A stretch of DNA of 64,000 nt from an uncultured Chloroflexia bacterium (GTDB lineage Bacteria; Chloroflexota; Limnocylindria; Limnocylindrales; CSP1-4). Below, one piece after another: positions 38,486-47,746 of the stretch. The DNA lies in contig CAWEZH010000002.1 of NCBI GenBank assembly GCA_963813535.1, positions 1,975,082 to 2,039,081 of the forward strand. Direction: 5' to 3'. Position numbers and translations under genes: made by a program. Under the pieces are notes generated by a model. It was not told where the DNA came from. It ran no database searches and worked only from the letters and a program-made list of their open reading frames with translations. Every line of letters begins with the position of its first letter. Position 1 is the first letter of the stretch.

Positions 38486-38489
38486 GCGA

Positions 38490-39266
38490 TCAGGGCGTCG
38501 CGATCAGCGGCGGCAGGTCGACGTTCGCCGTCGCGGCAAGGGCGCGCGAGGCCTTGTCGAGATCCTTGAGTCGGTCGAGGACGAGGAGCATCCGCCGGCC
38601 CGCATCGCGATAGGCCGTCTTGTTGGTGATCGACGCCGAGAGTCCCTGGTCGGCCACGCGTCCGATCGACGCATAGAAGGACGCCAGGCTCTTCGCCACA
38701 CCGATGCCATCGGACCAGGTGGCGACATCCGAGGCGACGCCGCCGGCGAAGCCCGACGTCCAGGCGAGACTTCGGAGGAGCGGCGCGATCTCGGCAGCAC
38801 CCGACCCGGTCGAGGCCATGCGGCGTCGGAGGCGGTCGGCGTCGGCCAGCAGTCGCTGGTTCACGAGCGTGGACTGCCGCAACGCCGAGGTGGCGGCCCG
38901 TGGGACGGTCGTGTCGACCGGCACCGGGCCGGCTGTCTGACCAGGGGCAAGGGACGGGACGACCGCGGCGGGCGGCTGGACCGTCGCAGCGGTGGGACCG
39001 GCGAGCAGTGCCAGCGCCCCCAGCATCCCGACACCGAGGGTGATCCCGACCGCCAGGCCCATGCCGATGAACCCGCTCACCTTGAGTAGGGGGACGCCGG
39101 CCACCAGGCGGGTGCGACAGCCGGGGCATCGGGACACGCCGACTGCCAGTGGGCGTGTGCACCGAGGGCACAGGAAGATGTTGGAGTCCGTCGCCCCGAT
39201 CGGGTACGCGTCGAGTGCAGGTTCGTGCGGTCGCTCGGGCTGACCCGGCATGGCGTCGATCGTCAT
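38490..39266 (-). CDS. Hypothetical membrane-anchored Zn-ribbon protein
   Basis: CPRC...CPGC, one TM and a helical C-terminal domain. Confidence 0.65.
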   Translation of the reverse strand: MTIDAMPGQPERPHEPALDAYPIGATDSNIFLCPRCTRPLAVGVSRCPGCRTRLVAGVPLLKVSGFIGMGLAVGITLGVGMLGALALLAGPTAATVQPPAAVVPSLAPGQTAGPVPVDTTVPRAATSALRQSTLVNQRLLADADRLRRRMASTGSGAAEIAPLLRSLAWTSGFAGGVASDVATWSDGIGVAKSLASFYASIGRVADQGLSASITNKTAYRDAGRRMLLVLDRLKDLDKASRALAATANVDLPPLIATP

Positions 39267-39364
39267 GACGACAGCAGTCTGCGGCGGTGCGGTGCACAAA
39301 GAAGTCCGACGAAGGTCCTTGCCCGGGCGGTACCCACGCCACATCGTCTCGACTCTGGACAACC

Positions 39365-39383
39365 GATACTGAGACTCAGTATC
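39365..39383. promoter_or_regulatory. Fur-family (probably Zur) operator, 9-1-9 palindrome GATACTGAG-A-CTCAGTATC overlapping the -10
   Basis: Perfect palindrome resembling the classical Fur box GATAATGATAATCATTATC; overlaps TATCAT at 39380-39385. Confidence 0.8.
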
Positions 39384-39394
39384 ATCTTCGCTGG

Positions 39395-39829
39395 ATGACC
39401 GAGCCGACGACGCTGCAGGCCGCACTCGACGACGCCGGATATCGCCGGACCGGCGCCCGGAGGTCGATCGCCGACCTCATCGCCGCGAAGCGTGGTCCGT
39501 TCACCGCGGCCGATCTGGTCGAAGACGCCCGCGCTCGTCGCCTGGGCATCGGCCGCGCGACGATCTTCCGAACGCTGGACGTCCTGGCCGACTTGCACGC
39601 CGTCGAACGACTCGACCTGCCGACCGGCGAGCACGCCTACGTCGCGTGCGAGCCCGTCCACCACCACCACGTCGTCTGCTCGAACTGCGGAGCCAGCCGG
39701 GACGTGGACGATGCCGGCTGGCGCGCGGTCGTGAGCGATATCGAGCGGCGGACCGGCTACCGGATCGACGACCACCGACTGGAGCTGTTCGGGCGCTGCC
39801 CCGACTGCCAGAGGAGCAGGGTCGACTGA
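39395..39829 (+). CDS. Fur family regulator (Zur-like)
   Basis: RRTGAR, IGRATIFRTL, HHHHVVCSNCG and GRCPDC; TGATG-coupled to the ZIP gene. Confidence 0.9.
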   Translation: MTEPTTLQAALDDAGYRRTGARRSIADLIAAKRGPFTAADLVEDARARRLGIGRATIFRTLDVLADLHAVERLDLPTGEHAYVACEPVHHHHVVCSNCGASRDVDDAGWRAVVSDIERRTGYRIDDHRLELFGRCPDCQRSRVD

Positions 39830-40584
39830 TGCCGATCGCCGCCCTGGCCGTGTCGTTCGGCGCGTTCGCCTCGGCGCTCCTCGGCGGCTGGCTGGCGCTG
39901 CGCGCCGTCCGCTACGTGGGGGTGATCATCGCGGCCGGTGCCGGCATCCGGATCGGGGCGGCATTCTTCGACCTCATCCCGGAGTCGATCGAGCACATCG
40001 GCTCCATCGATACGGCGATGGTGGTGATCGCAGCGGGCTTCCTGGCGTTCTACGCGGTCGACAAGGTGACCTCGCTCCATGTCGGCCATGAGACCGCGGC
40101 CGAGCTCGACCATGACGCCGCGACCCACCAGCACATCGGCGTCGTCGGGGCCACCGGCATGGGCATCCACAGCTTCCTCGACGGCGTGGCGCTCGCTGCG
40201 GGACTGGCGGCCGGTGGCGGGCTGGGCGTGATCATCGCCACGGTCGTCATCGTGCACCGCTTCAGCGACGGCATCGGCGTGGTCAGCTTCCTGCTCGCCA
40301 GCCGGGCGCCCGCCGACACCACCTGGCGCTGGGTGCTCCTGGTCGCCGCGGCACCGGTCGCCGGCGTGTTGATCGGCTCGCTGTTCACCGTTCCCGATGT
40401 CGTCCTCGGGGGGATCCTCGGCTTCTTCGCGGGATTCTTCCTGTACGTCGGCGCGGCCGAGCTCCTGCCGGAGGCGCACCGGCGAGGCGGATCGATGCAG
40501 GTGGTCGTGGCGACGCTCGGCGGCGCGCTCGCGATCTACCTGTTCTCTGTCGCGGTAGGCGCCATCGGGATCGAGGCGCACTAG
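39829..40584 (+). CDS. ZIP family metal transporter
   Basis: FFDLIPES, His-rich loop, HSFLDG, HRFSDG and ELLPEAH. Confidence 0.88.
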   Translation: MPIAALAVSFGAFASALLGGWLALRAVRYVGVIIAAGAGIRIGAAFFDLIPESIEHIGSIDTAMVVIAAGFLAFYAVDKVTSLHVGHETAAELDHDAATHQHIGVVGATGMGIHSFLDGVALAAGLAAGGGLGVIIATVVIVHRFSDGIGVVSFLLASRAPADTTWRWVLLVAAAPVAGVLIGSLFTVPDVVLGGILGFFAGFFLYVGAAELLPEAHRRGGSMQVVVATLGGALAIYLFSVAVGAIGIEAH

Positions 40585-40601
40585 CGGGGCATGACCGCTC
40601 T

Positions 40602-41423
40602 CTACGAGCCGGTGACGAACTCCCCGCCGTCGACGCTGATGATGTCGCCGTTGATGAACTCGGTGCCGTCGCCGGACAGCGCGAGGATCGCGTTCGCGAC
40701 GTCCTGCGGCGTCGTCATCCGGCCGGTCGGGTTCCGCTTCATCGTGATGTCGATCATCGTCTGCGACTCGGGGATCTTGAGCAGCGCCGGCGTCACCGTG
40801 ACTCCCGCCCGGATGCAGTTCGCCGTCACGCCAGTCCCATTACGAGCCAGCTCCATGGCGAGCTGGCGGATGTGCGACTCGAGGGCGGCCTTCGCCGACG
40901 ACACGACGCCATAGGACGGCACGACGCGCGTGGATCCCTCCGAGGTCATCGCATAGATCTTCGAGCCCTGACCGAGGAACCCGCCGCGCCACAGGTCCTG
41001 GACCCAGTACACGAGGCTGTTGGCCATCACGTCCTGGGTCATCTCCATCTTCTTTCGGTCGACGGCCCCCTTCGGGTCCTCGGCGAGGAACGGGACAAGA
41101 GAGCCGAATGCCAGCGAGTGCATGACGACTCGGACGTACGGATCGCGTCCTTCGGCACGTGACCGATCGAAGCGTTCGCGCAGGGCACCGAGGGCGCCCG
41201 CGCGCTTCTCGTCGTCGGCCGCGTTCATGTTGATGTACAGCGCCTCGGAGCCGGCTGCCTCGATGGCCGCCTTGACCTCGTCGACGTGCGCCAGTGCCGC
41301 CCGGAAGTCGAGGTGGACGCCGAAGATGCGGTAGCCCGCCTTGGCGAGGGTCAATGCGGTCGCCTCGCCCATGCCTGAGGACGCGCCCAGGATCAGCGCC
41401 CAGCGCTCGCGGTCGTCGGTCAT
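40602..41423 (-). CDS. SDR, FabL-like enoyl-ACP reductase
   Basis: ILGASSGMG, YGVVSSAKAALES and TPALLKIP; GGAGG RBS. Confidence 0.8.
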   Translation of the reverse strand: MTDDRERWALILGASSGMGEATALTLAKAGYRIFGVHLDFRAALAHVDEVKAAIEAAGSEALYINMNAADDEKRAGALGALRERFDRSRAEGRDPYVRVVMHSLAFGSLVPFLAEDPKGAVDRKKMEMTQDVMANSLVYWVQDLWRGGFLGQGSKIYAMTSEGSTRVVPSYGVVSSAKAALESHIRQLAMELARNGTGVTANCIRAGVTVTPALLKIPESQTMIDITMKRNPTGRMTTPQDVANAILALSGDGTEFINGDIISVDGGEFVTGS

Positions 41424-41522
41424 GGTCGGGACGGGCCTCCAGGTCGGATCGGTCGGGGCGGGGCCGAGTCTAGCAGCGGCCCGGGTCACATCGACCGAGT
41501 CCCGTGCAGGTCTGCACGACCC

Positions 41523-42749
41523 CTAGACGACGCCCGTGTCTCGCAACAGGTCGATCTCCGGGCCCCTGTACCCGAGGGCGCTCAGGACCTCGTCGGTGTG
41601 TTCGCCGAGGAGCGGCGGCGCGGTCCGGATGGCGCCCGGGGTCGCGTCGAATCGCACCGGGATGCCGGCCTGCCGGATGACACCCAGCGACGGGTGCTCG
41701 ACCTCGACCGACATGTCGAGCGCACTCGCCTCCGGCGAGTCGAACGCCGCCAGGATGTCGGCGACCGCACCGAACGGCACCTCGGCGGCATCGAGAGCGG
41801 CAGCCCAGTCCGCGGTCGGGCGGAGGGCCAGGCGCTCGGCGATCAATGGGCGCAGCTCGTCCCGATGCTCGACGCGGTCACCGTTCGTCCCGAAACGCGG
41901 ATCGGCCGCCAACTCGGGCATCCCGATCGCCTCGCAGAACCGCGGCCATTGGCGTTCCGAACCGACCGCGACCGCGAGCTCGCCATCGGCGGTGGCGAAG
42001 GTCTCGTACGGGACGATGTTCGGGTGGGCGTTGCCGAGTCGACCGGGCGACTGCCCCGTGGCGAACGCGTTCTGGGCCTGGTTGACGAGGACCGCAAGGG
42101 TCGACCCGAGCAGCGACACGTCGACCGTCTGGCCGGCACCGTCACGAGCGATCAGCGCGGCCAGGATCCCGATCGTCGCGTACAGCCCGGTCACGACGTC
42201 GCTGATCGCGACCCCGACCTTCGTCGGACGGCCGCCGTCCGCGTCCCGATCGCCGGTGATCGACATCAGGCCACCGACGGCCTGGATGACGAAGTCGTAG
42301 CCGGGCCGTCCGGCACCCGGGCCCGACGTTCCGTAGCCGCTGATCGCCAGGTGGATCAACCCGGGGTTCTGCGCCCGGAGCGTGGCGTCGTCGAAGCCCA
42401 TCCGCTCGAGCGAACCGGGTCGGAGGTTCTCGACGAGGACATCGCCCCATGCCAGCAGTCGGCGGAGGACCTCCGCGCCTTCCGCGGTCTTGAGATCCAG
42501 GCGGAGTGACCGCTTGTTCCGGTTGACCGCCAGGAAGTAGGTGGCGGTCCTCGTCCCCGATGCCAGGTCGCCCACCCACGGTGGGCCCCAGCCACGAGTG
42601 GAATCGCCGTCCAACGGCTCGACCTTGATGACGTCCGCGCCGAGGTCGGCGAGGACCATCGTCGCGTATGGCCCGGCGAGCACCGTCGACAGGTCGACGA
42701 CGCGGATCCCGGACAGCGGGCCGGGTGAGGCCATCGGTTCGGGGGACAT
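41523..42749 (-). CDS. Family III CoA-transferase (CaiB/BaiF)
   Basis: PLSGIRVVDLS..LAGPY..LADLGADVIKVE, NRNKRS, PGYD and PLLGEHT. Confidence 0.92.
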   Translation of the reverse strand: MSPEPMASPGPLSGIRVVDLSTVLAGPYATMVLADLGADVIKVEPLDGDSTRGWGPPWVGDLASGTRTATYFLAVNRNKRSLRLDLKTAEGAEVLRRLLAWGDVLVENLRPGSLERMGFDDATLRAQNPGLIHLAISGYGTSGPGAGRPGYDFVIQAVGGLMSITGDRDADGGRPTKVGVAISDVVTGLYATIGILAALIARDGAGQTVDVSLLGSTLAVLVNQAQNAFATGQSPGRLGNAHPNIVPYETFATADGELAVAVGSERQWPRFCEAIGMPELAADPRFGTNGDRVEHRDELRPLIAERLALRPTADWAAALDAAEVPFGAVADILAAFDSPEASALDMSVEVEHPSLGVIRQAGIPVRFDATPGAIRTAPPLLGEHTDEVLSALGYRGPEIDLLRDTGVV

Positions 42750-42778
42750 CGCGGCGATGGTAGCGCCGCGACCCGGGG

Positions 42779-43495
42779 CTACGAGGCCGTGACGGCTCCG
42801 GGCGGCTCGACGATGGCCGGCTCCGGCTCGATCGGGATGGCGACCGGCTCTTGGGAGACCGGGCGCTCGAGCTCGCGATCGACGTCGAGATCGACGAAAC
42901 GGGGATCCGGCACGCTCGCGTCGAGCTCGCTCGTTTCGTCCACGCGGTCGATCGACAGGCGGTTCACGAGCACGGTGCCGACACGCTGCCGATGCCACTC
43001 GTCCTCGATCCGGAAGTCGACGACGGCGTCGGTCAGCGGGATCATCGGTCCTCGGCGCTGGAGGGCGGCGACGGCGTCGAGGAAGGGAGTGGAATGGAGA
43101 TAGCCTCTGACGACGTACGGCCCGGCTTCGATGACAACGTACGTCTGGCGCGTCCTGGTCCGACGTTTGAGGTCGCCGCGGGGCGGCGTGCCGTGGACGA
43201 GCAGCAGGTCGTCGCGGGGCACCACGACCTCGCGGACCTCGACGGCCCCGCGATCGACGAGCGACTGCACCATCACGTCGACGAGCTGCAGTTCCTCGTG
43301 GTCGTTGAGCATGTCGCTCAGCCGGTCCGCCTGGAGGCGGATGCGCCCGGACAGCGTGCAGTCCTCGGCGTACGCGACGAAATCGACCAGCGGATGGATG
43401 ACCGCGGCGTCCAAGGGCATCGAGCTGCTCAGGTCCGAGCCCTCGGCGCCGCGGTCGAAGATGAGGGAGAGACGTCGTCCAAGACTTTGGATCAT
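42779..43495 (-). CDS. Hypothetical protein with two tandem similar beta-rich domains
   Basis: LSGRIRL..DRLSDMLN..LQLVDV repeats as VRGYLH..DAVAALQ..IPLTDA. Start uncertain. Confidence 0.65.
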   Translation of the reverse strand: MIQSLGRRLSLIFDRGAEGSDLSSSMPLDAAVIHPLVDFVAYAEDCTLSGRIRLQADRLSDMLNDHEELQLVDVMVQSLVDRGAVEVREVVVPRDDLLLVHGTPPRGDLKRRTRTRQTYVVIEAGPYVVRGYLHSTPFLDAVAALQRRGPMIPLTDAVVDFRIEDEWHRQRVGTVLVNRLSIDRVDETSELDASVPDPRFVDLDVDRELERPVSQEPVAIPIEPEPAIVEPPGAVTAS

Positions 43496-43649
43496 GTCCG
43501 GATGGTGGGTCGCGCCCACCGCCAGCACACCTGACCCGTTGGTACTTCCGTCCGACGGATGGTGCTCGTGGACACCGGTGCACCGACGCACGTCCCGGAT
43601 CGGCGTAGCCCGGAAGTACCAGTCGCCCGTTCCGCGCTAGCATCGCCCG

Positions 43650-44598
43650 ATGACCGACGACCACATCCCGACGCTGTTGACCGTTCACGCCCACCCCGAC
43701 GACGAGACCATCGGCACGGGTGGCTCGATGGCGAAGGCCGTGGAAGCCGGACGGCGCGTCGTCCTCGTGACCTGCACACGGGGCGAGATGGGCGAGATCG
43801 TGGTGCCCGAGATGGACACGCCCGACAACCATCGGCGCCTCGGCGAGATCCGCGCCGGTGAGCTCGAACGGGCCATGGGCGCCCTCGGCGTGACCGAGTG
43901 GGAGAACCTCGGCTATCACGACTCGGACATGATGGGGCGAGCCGGGAACCGCGACCCTCGCTCGTTCTGGCAGGCCGATCTGGACGAGGCGGCCGGCCGG
44001 CTCGTCTGGCTGATCCGGCGCTACCAGCCCGACGTCATCACGACGTACAACGACTTCGGTGGCTATGGCCACCCGGACCACATCCGGACCCACGACGTGA
44101 CCGTCCGCGCGTTCCCGCGCGCCGGTGACGCGGCGTGGTATCCGGAGCAGCTGGCGCCCGAACACGGCGGCAGCGGGCCGTCCATCGAGGAGGGCGGCCT
44201 GGCGCCGTGGACGCCATCCAAGCTCTACGAACAGGCCATCCCGGCGTCGGTCCGGGACGCCATCCGCAGAGCGGATGGATGAGCGCGACCAGCCGAACCC
44301 GTGGGCGCCGCCAGCCGACGCCACACCGGAACAGCTCGCGGAGTTCGAGGCGTTCCAGGCGCGGATGCTCGTCCCGGACGAATCGATCACCACCTGGATC
44401 GACATCTCGGGATCGCCCCTCGAAGGCAAGTGGGCAGCCATCAACGAGCACGTCACGCAGATGGCCCCGGACTCGTTCTTCCTGGCCTTCGGTCTCGAGG
44501 GATGGCGCGAGCAGTGGTCCAAGGAGGCCTTCATCCTGCGCGAGTCGACGGTCGACACGGAACGACCCGAGGACGACCTGTTCGCGGGGCTCGTCTGA
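43650..44598 (+). CDS. PIG-L family deacetylase (MshB/Mca-like), split by a +1 frameshift near 44268
   Basis: HAHPDDE, TCTRGEMGE, DSDMMG and GGYGHPDH, continuing in the next frame (KWAAINEHVTQM...EDDLFAGL). Confidence 0.82.
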
Positions 44599-44605
44599 GC
44601 CGAGG

Positions 44606-46267
44606 TCAGTAGGGCAGGATCCCGCGCGACGCGTCGTAGATCGACCCGAGCACGACCCGACCGTCGCCCGCCGGATCCAGGAAGTTCGGCTGCGCCTTGT
44701 CGAGGATGATGTGCGGCCGCAGCCGGATCTGGCGCAGCTCGGCGCCCTGGAAGGTCAGCTCCAGCGTGATGCCCTCCATCGTCGGCTCGGACCACGTCTG
44801 GTCGAAGACGAAGTTGCCCAAGGCGTACCAGATCGGCTTGCCCTTGTAGACCTCCATCGCCGCCGCGTAGTGGGCGTGGTTGCCGATGATCATGTCGGCC
44901 CCGGCATCAAGGATCTGGTGAGCCAGGCGCTGCTGGTTCGCGAACGGGCTGTAGCGGTATTCGACACCCCAGTGCGGGAACACGATCACGACGTCGGCCC
45001 CCGCCTTGCGCGCCGCCTTCACCCCGGCCTTCACGTTGCTGAGCGTCAGCTTCGAGCTCCCCGGCTCGCCCTTGGCGGCGTGGTAACCGGGGGCGATGGC
45101 GTCGTAGGCGAGGATCGCGACGCGCGTCCCGTTGGCGTCGAGGATCCCCGGTTTGCGGGCTGCCGCCAGGTCCTTGCCGGCGCCCGAGGACTTGAGGCCG
45201 CGCTTCTTGAGGTTCGCGATGGTCTGGAGGATGCCCGCATCGCCGGCGTCGCCGATGTGGTTGTTGGCGATCGACACATAGTCGATGCCAGCGTCGGCGA
45301 GCCCGTCGATGAGCGTCGGGTCGGCCGTGAAGACGGTCTTGCTGGTATGCCAGGTGAAGCGGTTCGGGGCCGGGTTCTCGAAGTTCGCCATGGCGATGTC
45401 TGCCCCGGAGATCAGGTCGCGGACGGCGCCGGCATTGCCCGTGCGGCGGGTGCGCGGCAGGTCCCAGCCGAGCGGCGAGCAGTCCTTGCAGCGCGAGGTG
45501 ATCTCGGCCGTGCCGCCGTCGAACGGGAAGTCCTCGCCGCGACCTCGGACCCTGAGCGTCTGGTAGACGCCACGATCCAGCAGGATGTCGCCGCCGGCGA
45601 ACAGCGTCCATGTCGCAGAGGGATCGAATGTCGCGTCGGTCGCCCGAGCCGGCATCTCGACGTTGAGGCGCCAGTCGGTCGCCTTCGTGACGCGGTCGAC
45701 ACCGAACAGCGTCCGGTCGCCCCAGGCCAGGGCACGGACCGCGGGCGTGACGTCATCTGCGCGGATGAACGCGAGTCGCTTGCGGTTCTTCGCCAGGCCC
45801 TTGGTCAGGGCCGCGGCGTCGTCGGCGAGCACGAGGCGGGATGTGTCGCTGGGTCGCTCGACACGCAAGGCGGCGAGGATCGCGTCGGCCTCGTCAGCGA
45901 CCAGCGCGAGCGCCTCATAGCGGTTGCTGGTCCCAGCCAACACGCGCGCGACCTCGCTGCGGTTCGTCGCCGTGGCCGGCGACCGGAACTGGGTGACCGG
46001 CACGATCGCGGCCTGGGCAAGAGCCGGCGTCGGGACGGGGCTGGCGGTCTCGGGGGGTACGGCCGTGGGCTCCGCGCTCACGGCTGCGGTCGCGGACGGC
46101 GAGCTGGCCGCGCCGAGCGGGCCCGACGGCGAGGCGGGCACTCCGGACGGGACGCTGGAGCCGGCACCGAACCCGAGCTCGCCCCCGGACATCGGGACGG
46201 CGATGCCGAGCGCGAGCAGCCCCGCGACGACCAGTACGGGCAGACGGTTCTCGGTCAGGCGCCGCAT
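44606..46267 (-). CDS. CapA family (poly-gamma-glutamate synthesis-like) metallophosphatase-fold protein
   Basis: GGDILLDR, ANFE, ANNHIGD, PHWGVEY, GNHAH and YALGNFVFDQ; N-terminal TM. Confidence 0.88.
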   Translation of the reverse strand: MRRLTENRLPVLVVAGLLALGIAVPMSGGELGFGAGSSVPSGVPASPSGPLGAASSPSATAAVSAEPTAVPPETASPVPTPALAQAAIVPVTQFRSPATATNRSEVARVLAGTSNRYEALALVADEADAILAALRVERPSDTSRLVLADDAAALTKGLAKNRKRLAFIRADDVTPAVRALAWGDRTLFGVDRVTKATDWRLNVEMPARATDATFDPSATWTLFAGGDILLDRGVYQTLRVRGRGEDFPFDGGTAEITSRCKDCSPLGWDLPRTRRTGNAGAVRDLISGADIAMANFENPAPNRFTWHTSKTVFTADPTLIDGLADAGIDYVSIANNHIGDAGDAGILQTIANLKKRGLKSSGAGKDLAAARKPGILDANGTRVAILAYDAIAPGYHAAKGEPGSSKLTLSNVKAGVKAARKAGADVVIVFPHWGVEYRYSPFANQQRLAHQILDAGADMIIGNHAHYAAAMEVYKGKPIWYALGNFVFDQTWSEPTMEGITLELTFQGAELRQIRLRPHIILDKAQPNFLDPAGDGRVVLGSIYDASRGILPY

Positions 46268-46324
46268 CGGTGGCATTTTGCCAGAGGCGGCGAGACTTCC
46301 CATCCGGGACCCGACGGACAAGGA

Positions 46325-46354
46325 ACGCCCCGTCCGGGCGGGCGGACGGGGCGT
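46325..46354 (-). terminator. Hairpin downstream of tRNA-Asp (probable terminator)
   Basis: ACGCCCCGTCCG / CGGACGGGGCGT 12-bp stem followed by TCCTT on the minus strand. Confidence 0.65.
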
Positions 46355-46369
46355 AGGTAGAAGCGATGT

Positions 46370-46446
46370 TGGCGGACCCGACCGGATTCGAACCGGCGAT
46401 CTCCAGCGTGACAGGCTGGCATGTTGGGCCGCTACACCACGGGTCC
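46370..46446 (-). tRNA. tRNA-Asp (GTC)
   Basis: GGACCCG acceptor stem, anticodon loop CTGTCAC, GGTTCGAATCC T-arm, encoded CCA; 77 nt. Confidence 0.96.
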
Positions 46447-46525
46447 AGTTGCGGCCTTGCGGCGAGGGCGGAGCATAGCAGAGGCGCCCTGCCTTGTCAG
46501 AGATGCGACCTATACTCGGGACCCC

Positions 46526-47674
46526 ATGTCGAACCGTCCGATCGACCTCCGCAGCGACACCGTCACTCGGCCCACGGAGGCCATGCGTCGTGCGATGGCG
46601 GAGGCCGAAGTGGGCGACGATGTCTTCGGTGACGACCCGACGGTCATCGCCCTCGAGGAGCGTGCCGCGGACTTGCTCGGCAAGGACGCGGGGCTGTTCG
46701 TCGCATCGGGAACGATGGGTAATCTCGTCTCGATGATGGCCCACCTCGCGCGGGGCCAGGAGGTCATCGCGGGCAAGGAGCACCACCTCGTCATCGACGA
46801 GGCGGCCGGCCATGCCGTCATCGTCGGCGCCAGCGCCCGCACGCTCGAGGATCGCGCCGACGGGACGCTCGACCCGGCCGCCATCGACGCCGCGTTCCGC
46901 GACCCGACCGATGTCCATGAGCCGCTGTCAGGACTCGTGACGCTCGAGAACACGCACGCGCACTCGATGGCGCGTCCGCTCTCGCCCGCGTACGAGCGTG
47001 AGGTCGCATCGGTCGCTCGCCGCCATGGCGTCCCGTTGCACATCGACGGCGCCCGGTTCTGGAACGCCGCCGTCGCCCAGCGCGGGGAGGGCGTCACCGC
47101 GCGAGACCTGGCGGACCCGGCCGACTCGGTCACGTTCTGCCTGTCCAAGGCGTTGGGCTGCCCGGTCGGGTCGGTCGTCGTCGGGAGCACGGACTTCATC
47201 GCCCGGGCCCGGCGTGCGCGCAAGATGGTCGGTGGCGGGATGCGCCAGGCCGGCGTGCTGGCTGGGGCCGGGCTGGTCGCGTTGTCGGACGGGCGGGACG
47301 GCATGATCGACCGCCTCGCCGACGACCATGCCAACGCCCGCAGACTTGGCGAGGCACTCGCCGACATGGACGGCGTCGTGAGCCCGGGTGGCATCGCCCA
47401 GCCCACCTCCGGCAGGCTCGACCCCGAGCGCGTCGTGACGAACTTCATCCTGTTCAAGGTCGACCGCGACCGCCGCGCGTTCCTCGACCGGTTGGCAGCG
47501 CGGAACGTCTGGATGGTGGAATATGCGCACGGTCAGGTCCGCGCCGTCACCCATCACGACGTCTCGGCCGCGGACATCGACACCGTCATCAAGGCGACGC
47601 GCGAGGCGCTGGCCGAGACGGCACCCGGAGCGTCGGCCGACGGATCCGCCGAGCCGATCGCCGCGACAGCCTGA
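46526..47674 (+). CDS. ltaE: Low-specificity L-threonine aldolase
   Basis: IDLRSDTVTRPT, VGDDVFGDDPT, SGTMGN, HIDGAR, FCLSKALG and GGGMRQAG. Confidence 0.92.
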   Translation: MSNRPIDLRSDTVTRPTEAMRRAMAEAEVGDDVFGDDPTVIALEERAADLLGKDAGLFVASGTMGNLVSMMAHLARGQEVIAGKEHHLVIDEAAGHAVIVGASARTLEDRADGTLDPAAIDAAFRDPTDVHEPLSGLVTLENTHAHSMARPLSPAYEREVASVARRHGVPLHIDGARFWNAAVAQRGEGVTARDLADPADSVTFCLSKALGCPVGSVVVGSTDFIARARRARKMVGGGMRQAGVLAGAGLVALSDGRDGMIDRLADDHANARRLGEALADMDGVVSPGGIAQPTSGRLDPERVVTNFILFKVDRDRRAFLDRLAARNVWMVEYAHGQVRAVTHHDVSAADIDTVIKATREALAETAPGASADGSAEPIAATA

Positions 47675-47746
47675 CCGACGCGGCCCGAACCCGGGTCCCG
47701 GCTTGCGTCTCGCCCCGCCGCCGGATCCCATGCCCTGGAGCATCGC

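Noticed and set aside
42750-44795. Apparent 1090-aa extension of the CoA-transferase (similarly capA 770 aa and pabB 601 aa)
   Set aside because: The extensions overlap other real genes or a tRNA; true starts are marked by -10 boxes and domain boundaries.
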